A stretch of DNA of 64,000 bases from Blepharisma stoltei ATCC 30299 (Eukaryota; Protista; Ciliophora), in the NCBI GenBank assembly GCA_965603825.1, contig CBFDEM010000064.1, positions 336,355 to 400,354 on the forward strand, in the 5' to 3' direction. The notes below the pieces were generated by a model that worked only from the letters and a program-made list of their open reading frames with translations, ran no database searches and was not told the origin of the DNA. The position numbers and the translations under genes were made by a program. Of this stretch, positions 49,342-60,639 are shown in pieces (the stretch's first letter is position 1; each line of letters begins with the position of its first letter).

Positions 49342-50337
49342 TTTTATTTATAAACAAATTTATTTTACTTTTATAAATGCTAAGCAAATTTTAATAGTAA
49401 ATTTTACCAAGAAAAGCTTTTATTGCTTTTCGAATTGGAATAAAAATTATTAGCAAGCAAGCAATTGCCAAATGGCTTTGATTGAAATAAAGAACCAAAA
49501 TCTAATAAATTTATGAGTTTAAGGATTTGAGTTTCTTCCGGGAGAAATTATAGTTCTTCTAAAACTTGCACTTTCTTACCTTCCAAATTAATCCCCTTAT
49601 ATATACGGAAAACCCAGAAGAATAGAGAAGCTGTCTTAATAGCAAATCTTCATTATTTTATTATAGCTTAGGAGTTAGATGGCTAATTTATGCGGCTTTC
49701 TATTAATCCAAAATATTTACGATTTATTATCATATCGATAAGTTTATCAATAGATTTACTTACAGAAATATTTTAATAGATAAAAAAGTACCTCATGTCT
49801 CTCAAATGACCTTTTAGAAATATATTTCCAATAATGCATCTTTGTCGTCCCTTTTAAAAAACGGTAATTTTTTCCCCTAGTCGGAAATTTACCATATCAG
49901 AAAACTTCAAATTTATTGTCAAACATAAGTATTTAGGGTGAATTATTAACTAAAGTCCAAATATACCCAAATAATAGAGGAAATATTATTTTAAGTAAAC
50001 TAATAATTGCAGGACCAATTTAATTGAAATTACAATTAAAAACCCAATAAGGGTTATATTTTCTATTCTATTTATAAGATAAATAAAATATATCTTTTTT
50101 AACTTAAAATATATATTTCTAAACTAAGTAACTTAGAAAATTATGCAGAACCTTATAGAAAATTCTTATCAATATGATTATCTCTCTTTTTTCAAAAAAT
50201 CGCATAAGGACTATCAAGGATTATTGATCTGCTCATTTGAAAGTTATATCGTCAATTTAGCTTGACTTTTTAACACAAAATAGAACAATTCTAATAATTT
50301 AACAAAATATTAATAAATTGTAAATGATTAATCCTAA

Positions 50338-51225
50338 TTACTCTTTCTTATCTTCTATCTTGAATAAGGATGGCCTTATAAGCTTCCCAATATTCAAATA
50401 CACAAGCGTGAAAATAAAGGGCAAACTAAACAAATACAATTCAGCAGCTACATAATAAAGTTTCCCAATTTTAGCAAAAATAAAATCGCCTAGATATAAT
50501 TTACTTGGAGATCCACATAAAGAAAAATCAATATTTGCTCACGTCAAAATCGCTAAAGGTGTCACCAATCTTTGATAAAACCAAAAGAAATGAAATCCCT
50601 GAATATTCCTTACATAAAGCAATGACTTCCAATTTAACTGATAACTTCTTGTAAATCTCCCGCAGATAATAAGAGTTAGCGGGGTTATCAGCCCAGCCAA
50701 ATAATGCTGAATCCAAAACAATGCATATTCCCCAGGGAGTGTAAGGTTTCCAGCCGCGGGCAAAAAAATTGCAATTGCTCTGACTATTAATTACGGCGCC
50801 CAAGAAAGGGAGATAATTTTGGTAAAATGCCTTTCAGATTTTAGTGAAGATGTGACGAAAAGAAGGTAGCATTGGGCTAAGGTGACTAGATGGCAAGGAC
50901 TAAGTATAAAAATCAGCCTCCCTGTAATAGACTTTGTTATAAGTTGCCAGATGATTATCAGTATATGGCAAAGGCCGAGGATTTTTTCGATCAAATACGG
51001 ACTTTGAGGCTTTCTAGGGACTTGGCTTTTGATAATGTAAGGACGGCTGAAGTATAAATAAATTAACAGATGAACAGTAAACTATATAAGAATTACTGAG
51101 ATGCCGCTTACACTTAGCCGATAGAAATTAGTAAGTTGGGCTACACAGTGAGGTCCTCCATCTTCAATGAATGTAGCATCCAATGTGTAAGCGCCTGCTA
51201 AAAAGATATCTCTTATAGCATTCAT
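50338..51225 (-). CDS. TMEM164: TMEM164-family integral membrane protein, ~275 aa, four 15-nt introns
   Basis: EDGGPHC, LIFILSPCHLVT, FWIQH and NIDFSLCGSPSD motifs. Introns 51082-51096 and 50780-50794 contain stops; 50599-50613 and 50490-50504 are in-frame and inferred. TGA=Trp at 50539. Confidence 0.85.
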
Positions 51226-51335
51226 TGAAAATTATATTTTTTCTCTAATAGCTAAATTTACATTAATTATTCATAAAATTCTCAGTCCAAAAGTGGTCGA
51301 ATTATTTAAAGAATCTATCTTCTAATAATTATAAC

Positions 51336-53987
51336 ATGGACAAAATGCTGAACAGAAAAGTCTCATTTAATATAATTGAAAATAAAGCCTTTGACGTTTT
51401 AGGGACCTACAAAGTCAAACAAGTCCAAAGGCTGAAAACAATTTCTTCAGAAAAGACCTTAAGATCTTTAACCCCAGACCCACTTTTAAAGTCAAGGGCA
51501 AGCTATTCTTTTAATAAAACGACTCGAGATATATCACATATGCTTGATTCCCAGAAGTTAAAGCAAAATGTAAGCGATGTAGAGACGTTGCACTCGATTT
51601 ATCGAGGGGCATCTAGCTCAAGTCTGCCTACAGACTATGAAGAAATCAAGAATTATGTCAAAAATAATTTCATACTTGATTCCAGCATTTTTCTCGACAC
51701 AGGATCTACCCAATCAGGTGAAGAAAAAACAAGCCTAGGCTTGCCCACTGGAAGAATCCAGGCTAAAAATTTAAAATATTGGCTTGATACCATGAAAAAC
51801 AAGTACATTAATGACTATTTAGAAGAGCTCTACAATGGTCACAGCCTTAACGAGCTGAAACGAGAAGCAATTGAAAATATTTATAAAGCCTGCCTCAGAG
51901 AAGTTATCCGACAAGTATCTGTTTTTTGCTTAGATAGAGGGAATCTTATAATGGAAGTTGTATCAGTTCTCTTCAAAATCTGGAAAAGTAAGCTTGATTG
52001 TCAAGCAGATATTGAAATTGAAAAAGAAAAACAATTAGAAGAAGAAATCCTGAAGCTAGAAAGCCAGCACTCAGAAATTTTGACTAAAATAAACGAAAAA
52101 CTGACCAAAGCCAACACTCAGCTAAAGGCAGCTTTACAAAAAGTCCAAGACCAAGAGCAAGAAAATACCAATCTAAAACAAGTTATTTTTCAGCTAAATG
52201 ATGAAATAAATAAATCAGCAGGGCTGATTGACCCTTTTAAGTCTTATAAACTAGCTGGAGAGCCTGCTGTTTTTAATGATGTAGGGATCATTATTGAAAA
52301 TAAAGAAAGAAAATTAGAAAAGGCAAAATTAGTATCAAAATCGGTACAGACTGATACGACGACAGAAAACCAAACTTTTGAGTTCAATATTGCGTCGACT
52401 GGAAAAGTGCTACAGATGGAGAAGCTAGGGAACACTTTGGCTCAAAAAATTGAGGAATTGAAAAATAGGCTTGCGAGTTTGGATCAAGAAATTTCAGAAA
52501 AAAATGCTCAGTTGAGTGAGCTAGACCAACAAGTTATGAATGCAAAAATCAAGATTTTGAACTCAGAAAGGGCTGAGTGGCAGGAGAGCAATTCTCCTCA
52601 TAAAGAAAATCAGGAAAGACTGTCAAGAAGCGAAAGCCCGCTCAGACCTGAAGATACAATTATGGAAAAAATTGATGAAGGACTTGAAGAAAACGAGCTA
52701 AAGCCGCCTTCAAGAAAGGTCGGAAGAAATTCGATTTTTTTTAAAACGCCTTCTAGAGGGTCGAATAATCCAAAAGACCTTTCCCCAAACCCTAAAAAAG
52801 AAAGAAGAGGCACATTTTCAGCGAATGTGATCATGTTTAACAAAAGACATACTAAATTGTCAATTAAAAACAGCCCTGCGATCCAAATTTTAGAAGAATG
52901 CTTTAAGCTTTCAAAACAGAAAATGAACTCAAAATCGATTTTTTCCAAAAAAATGCTGCATAAGGTGCTAGAAGGCATTTATAACAGCTTAGATATAGAC
53001 AAAATTGAGAACCTCCATAATGATTATTTACTTGAATTCATTCATAAAGAGCTGGTTGCTAAATATGCAGCATCTAAAGTCGCTGATAAAAAACTGATAG
53101 AAATTATTGCAAGCTGCTTCAGATACAGCAATGACCCAAAATTCAGGGTTTTTCTGAGGCTTATAGGGGCTGGAGAAATTATGTCAATGACAAGTTTTAA
53201 GATAAGGACTTTTAAGGTAATAATTGAGTGTATTCACTTCATGAACAATGCAAATCTTGGCATTATGATAGAAGATTCTATCCAAAAAGCACTATATCCT
53301 AAGCTGAGGGCTATAGAATGCATTAAAGAACAATTCGAAAAAATCTACTCTAGGCCATTTTATTTAGAATTATTGAATAGGATCAACCAAATTTCGGTAG
53401 ATGATAGGATAAATAAGGACGGGCTCATTCAGAATGATACTTTTATAGAAATTATTGCAGAGCACTATCAAAAATATCATGAATCTGTATTAGAAGGTAT
53501 CAGAGCAGTTGCCTGGGCTATCACTGGGAACCAAGTTTCAAGCTTTATCAATAAATGCGACTACATTTTGGCACTGCGCAGCCTTTATCCTTCAAGGTAT
53601 TTAGAAATTGTTGAAGACCAGTCTCTTTATAGCAAATTCAGCTTCTTAAAGCCAGAGTCTCAGTCAAAAACTTTGGTTTCTCTGAGGGCGATTGAAGATT
53701 TGTCACTTTTGAAAGGGATTTTTCTTATAGAAGATATCAAAAAGGTATGTGATGTAGATAATGTCAGCGATGAAGAGATGGCTGCAACAATTTCTAAGGT
53801 ATCTGGTCTAATGGAGGTGTTCAATAAAATAGGGGATGAAAATCTTGCAAGCAAATCCTCATATACTATGGTATCTTGGCTGCAGAAATTAGATATCCTA
53901 ACAAACTTTTGTTTGAAGAAAAAAGGGGTTGGGGTGTTGGCATTCAAAATTTATTCTTTGGAGTCTGAAAGATTCCTTTCTAATTAA
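51336..53987 (+). CDS. 883 aa coiled-coil protein with an axonemal dynein light chain (p28/AXDND1-like) domain
   Basis: PTGR..A..L..WLD.M ... IYKACLREVIRQVSVFCLDRGNLIMEV followed by long coiled coil. Confidence 0.7.
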   Translation: MDKMLNRKVSFNIIENKAFDVLGTYKVKQVQRLKTISSEKTLRSLTPDPLLKSRASYSFNKTTRDISHMLDSQKLKQNVSDVETLHSIYRGASSSSLPTDYEEIKNYVKNNFILDSSIFLDTGSTQSGEEKTSLGLPTGRIQAKNLKYWLDTMKNKYINDYLEELYNGHSLNELKREAIENIYKACLREVIRQVSVFCLDRGNLIMEVVSVLFKIWKSKLDCQADIEIEKEKQLEEEILKLESQHSEILTKINEKLTKANTQLKAALQKVQDQEQENTNLKQVIFQLNDEINKSAGLIDPFKSYKLAGEPAVFNDVGIIIENKERKLEKAKLVSKSVQTDTTTENQTFEFNIASTGKVLQMEKLGNTLAQKIEELKNRLASLDQEISEKNAQLSELDQQVMNAKIKILNSERAEWQESNSPHKENQERLSRSESPLRPEDTIMEKIDEGLEENELKPPSRKVGRNSIFFKTPSRGSNNPKDLSPNPKKERRGTFSANVIMFNKRHTKLSIKNSPAIQILEECFKLSKQKMNSKSIFSKKMLHKVLEGIYNSLDIDKIENLHNDYLLEFIHKELVAKYAASKVADKKLIEIIASCFRYSNDPKFRVFLRLIGAGEIMSMTSFKIRTFKVIIECIHFMNNANLGIMIEDSIQKALYPKLRAIECIKEQFEKIYSRPFYLELLNRINQISVDDRINKDGLIQNDTFIEIIAEHYQKYHESVLEGIRAVAWAITGNQVSSFINKCDYILALRSLYPSRYLEIVEDQSLYSKFSFLKPESQSKTLVSLRAIEDLSLLKGIFLIEDIKKVCDVDNVSDEEMAATISKVSGLMEVFNKIGDENLASKSSYTMVSWLQKLDILTNFCLKKKGVGVLAFKIYSLESERFLSN

Positions 53988-54037
53988 AATTAATGTTTAA
54001 TTTATAAAGTAAAGTTTCATATAAATGCAATAAAAAT

Positions 54038-54382
54038 ATGAAGCTTAGTTTGGCATTTCGCTTTTTAAGTACCAATAAAGATTATCCTTCTCTTATTACC
54101 CAACAAGTAAAATCTAACCCAATCGTAATGTATTCACGGACAAATTGCCAGCAGTGTAATAAAGCTAAACTCTTGTTTTCTGAGTATAAATTGACTCCAT
54201 ATACAATTGAAATAGATCAACAAGAAGATGCTACTTCACTGCGTGAAGCAGTCGAATCCTTAACAAAACAAAAGCGAACTCCAATGATCTTTATTAAAGG
54301 AGAAAGTATCGGCGGCTTAGGCGGCCTCAAAAATATGCTTAAAAATAAACAAATCCAAGCTGACCTTCAAAATCTTAAATAA
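54038..54382 (+). CDS. Dithiol glutaredoxin-like protein (CQQC), probable mitochondrial presequence
   Basis: IVMYSRTNCQQCNKAK, IEID, TPMIFIKGESIGG. Confidence 0.85.
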   Translation: MKLSLAFRFLSTNKDYPSLITQQVKSNPIVMYSRTNCQQCNKAKLLFSEYKLTPYTIEIDQQEDATSLREAVESLTKQKRTPMIFIKGESIGGLGGLKNMLKNKQIQADLQNLK

Positions 54383-54510
54383 TTTAAGATTTTCCATTAT
54401 AATTGAATATAAGCAGCCGTTAATGATAAATAAAATTTTTATATAAAGAGACTAACAAACTCCATTTAGCATTGGATAATAAACAGCCTATTAATTTTTT
54501 ATTTATAAGT

Positions 54511-56391
54511 ATGAGCAACCAAGACCTCAAAGATCAATATGCGGAGCTCCTAAACAACATAGCCCTCGGCGGTAAGGTTTTCTTGAAGCTCATAGGCGGC
54601 GCTTTTCGTTTATCATTCAATACTGCAGTTTTCGTCTTGAGTTGTGGATCATTAGTCAGATGAAAAAACCCACAAGGGAATATTCAGCCTAAAAAAGTAC
54701 CTGCTGAGAATAAACAAAATAAAAACGCCCCAATAATTCCTGATTCCTCAGACAGCAGTGGAAATTCTACCATTGACGAGTCTGAAGACGCTTTAAGATA
54801 CCAAGTAAGGCAAGAACTGCAAGCCTCAATCCCAAGGACAGCTTCTCGAGATATGCTAAATCGGCTTGTCCAAAGCCATGAATTCAGTCAAAGAGAAAGC
54901 TGGATTGACAATCGCCAACAAGAAGAAGACATTATAGTCATCCCTTCTTTATCTTTAGATAAAGGGGAACTTGAAAAAATCACAGCAGTTGGCTGCTATG
55001 AAGAACGTCAACTTTGCACCTTGTTTTACCTTAAAAACCCAAGGTGTCGGCTTGTTTACGTCACGAGCATGCCAGTTGATAAAGCAATTGTCGATTATTA
55101 TCTTGCTTTACTTGAAGATAACTCCATTGTGACCGCAAACCAAGCATCAAAAAGACTATTGCTATTAAGCTGCAATGATAATTCCCCTATACCATTATCA
55201 TCAAAAATACTTAGGAGGCCAAAACTTTTACAAAAAATAAAAAATTTCATAAATCCTATGAAATCTCATATGATCTGCTTTATAAGCTCAAATTTGGAAA
55301 GAGACCTTGCAATCCAGCTTAACGTGCCGCTTTTTGCAAATGATCCATCACTTACGTATTGGGGCACAAAAATTGGGTCAAGGCAGACTTTTGAAAAAGC
55401 TGGCGTCCCACTGCCCAGAGGAACTGCACTTGTCCATTCTCCTGAAAATTTGGTCAGTGAGATTGCCAAGCTGCACAGAGAAAAGAATTTCGAGGTCGAA
55501 AAATATGTCGTCAAGCTAAACATTGGGTTTTCTGGAGAAGGGAATGCCCTTATCAGGACAAAGTACTTTGACAATGGCAATCTGGAGGCTTCAATTCTCC
55601 AAGCTTTATCTAACCACCTTGAATACGTATACAAAAAAGAAACCTGGCACACTTTTGTCCAAAAAATAATCAATCTGGGGGTATTAGCTGAGGAATGGAT
55701 TGACAACGCTGTTGAATCCCCATCATGCCAAGCACTAATAAACCCTAAAGGGAAAATTGAAATTTTGTCGACCCATGAGCAGCTATTAGCTGATGGGATG
55801 ACTTATATGGGCTGCGTTTTCCCTGCTTCTGGAGACTATAGAACCCTTATTATGGAGCACACTATGAAGATCGGCCAAACACTGGCCAAAAAAGGATGCA
55901 AAGAAAGGTTTGCAGTAGATTATGTAGTAAGGCAGGAAGAAGGACGATGGGCTGCTTATGCCATTGAAATCAATTTGAGGTGGGGAGGGACCAGTCATCC
56001 TATGATAACTGCAAAAAATTTGACTGATGCCCATTTGACTGAAGAAGGGCTGCTGATTGGTGCTGATGATCAGGCCAAATTTTATGTAGCCACTGATACA
56101 GTCCAAAATGATGTGTATACAGGACTTACTCCTGGCGATTTCTTAGACTTCGTTAATGCTAATAAAGAATTGCAATTTGACAATGAAAATGCGACAGGAG
56201 TGGTTTTTCATTTGTTGTCAGCTATTTCTGTGTATGGGAAGTTTGGGTTTACAGCGGTTGGAAATTCTCCTCAAGAAGCCAAAAGCATTTTTGAGAGGAC
56301 ACTGCAGGTTCTGGAAAAAGAAGCAAACCAAATCAGCTTACAAAAGAAATTCACGGAGCTGGACCAAGAAATTAAAACACCAGATAATTAA
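54511..56391 (+). CDS. ATP-grasp protein of the peptide ligase PGM1-related / IQCH-like family, up to 626 aa
   Basis: ATG 54511 reads through TGA 54661 into ORF 54853. Motifs IVIPSLS, YEER, VYVTS, WGTKIGSR, VVKLNIGFSGEGNA, SPSCQ, STHEQLL, GCVFPA, AIEINLRWGGTSHP, GVVFHL, GKFGFTAVG. Confidence 0.85.
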
Positions 56392-57475
56392 TCTTATGAT
56401 TTTAAAATATGAATTGATTAAAGCTTAAAAATCAGATATAAATAATTATGAATTAATGCATAAATATATCTTATTGAACTAAGAAAAGCTCAAAAATAAT
56501 GTAAATTCATCAATTTTAAGAAAAAAGTTTGAATTTAATTGAAAGAAGAATAGGTATCATGGTATTATAGTGCTATAATTGCTAAATTGACATTACTTTC
56601 CACTTAATAAGCAATTAAAATTTTTATAATTTTACTCAAAGATTTAAAAAACAAAACTTGCAATTATATTGAGTAATTAAAATTTAATTTTGAAAGATTT
56701 CATTTGAATAATGATTGCTTTAGATATAAATCCTAAACTTCAATTTTCTCCTTATTAATTGTTATTTTTATAAATGATTAAAACTCGATATAAAGCAGTG
56801 TTATAAGATAACGATTCTTAATTTGAGCATTAATAATCTTTACTGCTATAATATAGATAATGCTTTAGATTCATGGGGCATATCAAATACAAGAGTAAGC
56901 TAGAATTCGACTTCTTAATTAAATCCTAAGAATTAACACAAGTATTCAAGGCATAAAAATTAATAAATAATAAGCTTAACTAAGAAGGCTTTTAAGTGCA
57001 CATTTTTGTAGATTTAGTACTCTTGAGGAAACTTACAAAAGAATAAAAATTATAAAAGTCGAATGATCTTAATAATTTATTAAAGAAATATAAAACAAAG
57101 TAATAAATAAATGCTTAAATTTTGTGCATTTAAATTCCATAAGTTATATAACCTCTTTGAGCTATCTTTAAGTTATTAGCAGTTTGCAATCCGTACTCAA
57201 ATGGAATAGACTCATGCAGTTGACTACATTTTGTGCATATCTATACGAAAATGGTGCAGGATAGAAAAATCCCCATAAATTCCAAGCTTTTTCAACTCAA
57301 ATAAATCTGCCATTTTAATATGAAAAAGACCTTATCCCTTTGTATTGAGTAGTAATCTTAAAAATTGTGAATTTTTATTAATTTTCTAAAACTCTGATTC
57401 AATACTTAAAGAGTAATTTCTGATCTAAAGAAATAGCCATAAATTCATGCATTTATGCTTCAAATGTAAAAAAAA

Positions 57476-58271
57476 ATGATGACAAGTGAGAAAGCTTCAA
57501 GATTAGAAAAATTGGGTTTTAATTTGGAAATATCAAGAAGGGTGCTGATTTTGTGTGGAGGAGATGCTGATTTGGCTTTCTGTCTGCTGCTGGACGGAGG
57601 ATGGTCAGATTCAGAAGATGCTAATAAGGATGCTGATGAAGAAGCTGGATTATGGAGAAGAAAACTGTAATAAGAGCAGAGATTATGAGTTTGAAGATGC
57701 AGAAGATGAAATAGAAAGCTTAGTTAATACACGAAGCGATTTAGATGATAAGCTTGTCGAAAAAGATGAAGGTCAAGATGAAGACATGAGTGCCCGCGAA
57801 AAAGTGATAATTGAAAAATATGGAGATTTGAATTTTGGCGGGAAAAGTGAAAATTATGATGAACTCTTGAGAATTGAAACCGAAGTGAGAGCAACGACAA
57901 GATTAATTATCAGGCATTAGACAAATAGCATGGAATATGAGTAGTGCAGATGGCATAATCAGGACGTAAAGCATCTTATTGAAGATTGCCCCAAATTCAA
58001 CAATCAAAGAACTGATTTATTGATCAAACTGAAAAACTTGATAATTGATGAGATTGATACAAAATTAATAGATGTTGTGCTAGATTCATGGAGATACGAT
58101 AAAATGAAGTCAACTATTAGAATGAAGGAAGAACATGTAAGAGAAGTGGATGCAGCTGTCAAAAGTTTTAAAAAAGAAATTGTAAAAATTAAAAGAATAA
58201 GGCGTTTAATGCGCGAAAAAGGATTATATTATTATTATGCTTCAAATATTAGAGGAAGTAATCAAGCTTGA
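57476..58271 (+). pseudogene. Disrupted ORF: UBA-like N-terminus, acidic linker, LINE ORF2-like C-terminal zinc-knuckle remnant
   Basis: LEKLGFNLEISRRVLILCGGDADLAFCLLL (UBA-like); one frameshift and two TAG; LRIET...CRWHNQDVKHLIEDCPKFNNQR. Confidence 0.5.
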
Positions 58272-59449
58272 ATTAATAAAATTTTAAAATGATTGTCCAA
58301 AAAATCATAGCAATTTGGGGTAAATCAAGAAGATTATAAAGAAATTTAAAAAAGCAAGTTAAAAATAATGCTATAGTGGAAAAGAAAAATTTGTTTGAAA
58401 ATTAACTGAAAAGTGATATTCAATGATCCTGATGTAAACAAATTTTATCTAGTTACAACAGAACGACGAATTTAATGATAGCCAATGCGATTTTTACTAA
58501 TAATAAGAGTCAGCTCAAATAAGTATGATTTTTCGATTGAGAAGCATACCATTTAAATAAAAAATGAAATCAAAAAAAAGTCCTTTAGGGTTATTGATAT
58601 GCTTGCTTAATTCTCTCATCATTCTGTTTCTCTAAATAATTAAATCCTCATGAATTGTTCTGCTTCTTGGCGAAAATTAATTTCCTGCATATCAGGTCAA
58701 TTTTGGCTTATTATGCTTATTTTTATTATAGCAAAATTGATGTAGTTAAAAGTGTTAAATTCTATATATAGAGGATTAAAAGACCTATCAGAAGGTTCTA
58801 CAAAAGGGTAAATATCAGTTTGGCTGATTTGATATATAGAAAAACGATAGACTGCAAATATAGCCTTGCTCTCTTTTCGATTTAAATAATTTTTAGTCAC
58901 TTTTCTTCAAGCCTTGCTAGTTTCATTGGAGAATAAGTAGCTTCAGTATCGTGCCTACCAAGATGCTGATTAATAGGTAGCTCTAGAATGAAAGGGCTTT
59001 AACTATGGGGAACTGAACGTAGGCTTCAGGTGCTTTTTGCAAGGCATAATTAACTTAAGAGCCTGAATCTGAGCTGATCATGGCGCAATCGCTTGATTCA
59101 CCAAATGCTATTAAAAATACAGCTGATGGCTCGCAATATTAGTGACTGAACACAGAGACTTGAAGGGTTAGAAAATCTGCTTGCCTCTGATTTTAGCAGT
59201 ATGACTCACAGTTATTGACGGAAAAAATCCTTCTTAGAAACCTAGTTTTAACTTGCTAATCGCTATCGTGACTGCGATTTTCCAAGGAGTTAAATTTATC
59301 AGCATTTATAATGTAATCTTTCAGCGCCATCCTATTTAATTATTGGTATAACTATATGGCAAATAGCTACCCGCATGATCTTCAGTGATCATATTTTTTT
59401 GACTTGCTATAAATGCAGGATTATTCTCTTCAAGCCATGCACAACACCT

Positions 59450-60042
59450 CATATATAAATTTATTTAGCCTGCACTGAGTCCTGCAGTTCTTACAGCAAA
59501 ACCATCAGTACTTCTTGTGAGCTGCTGAAGTCGCCCAACAATGAAGAAATAAGCTATAAAGCAAGTATGAAAATTAATTCTGCAATGCCAAATCTGGCTG
59601 TTCAGACGACACTTTTATGAGCAACTTGATGTGGCGATCTTACTCAAATAAGCTTCCAGTGGTTTCTAACTTAGAATTCAATCAAGTCTAACTATAAGGC
59701 AGCTAATCCTCTTATTAAATTTATTTTAACACTCCTATTAAAATATCTTGCTAAGAAATTGCTTATGAATCTTTTTTAGTTATAATTGCCAAGAAAATTT
59801 TTATAAAATTTCAAAATCGCTTCTTATATCCCCCTATTATAAGCACTTGAAAATTTAGCTTTATATTATTAATTTAAATTTAATCGAATGCCTGGTTTTT
59901 AGCAAAATAAGAGATTGAATAGAAACAAGTAATTATTTAAGGCTGACCTAGCATTTATTAATGAATTTTATGCTTTTTCTATTTTGCGATAACAATTGTT
60001 TATGAGAAATAGAATTTAATTCTTCATTCATTTTCGAGTTAT
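59450..60042. repeat. Inverted, diverged copy of 43683-44272 / 47107-47625
   Basis: Reverse-complement matches, e.g. cctgcactgagtcctgcag, aagcttccagtg.tttctaactta and gcagctaatcctcttattaaat. Confidence 0.85.
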
Positions 60043-60639
60043 CCTTAAAACTTTAAGTTTTATCACGAAATCCTTTGTAAAGGTAATTAAAGGAATTTTA
60101 TAATCGCTATTTCAGTTATATTAATTTCATTACTGGCTTCATTTTGGATTATGTATTGATTTGCTCCAGCAAAAATGTTTTTTATTACATAACCATTACT
60201 TGTCTATTATAAGCTTGGCTCTTTGCATGCTGGAGAATGACAGTCATATCTTCTATAAGCAACTTCTCAATCTAGGTCCTGAAACTATGGAGATAATCGA
60301 ATCTTTGTGTTTTGACTTGTTCCCATCTGGGATGATCTGAATTTTATTTTCAAAAAATTAGGATGGGGATATCTTATGAAAACATTGAGAATCTAAAGGA
60401 ACTATAGCACAAGAAATAATTAAAGGCAGAATGACTTAAAGCTTTTCAATAACGAAGGGTTTGACTTAGAGCTATTGCTTTTTAGTGACCACTCAAAGTT
60501 TCTTGACTTCTTATTTTGAGTCTTTATAGCCGTATTGCCTTAAAACCAAAATTGTCAAAATATTTCACTTACTTAAAACAAAATCTAAGTTTAAAAGCTA
60601 CTAAAATTCAGGATAAATAGGGTTATGTTATTAGATTTT

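Larger units (their letters stand above)
43757..50180. repeat. Direct tandem duplication of a ~3.05 kb unit (43757-46810 and 47107-50180) carrying surface-gene copies 3 and 4
   Basis: Offset ~3360 bp throughout (44558/47919; 45977/49341); flanks nearly identical. Confidence 0.92.
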
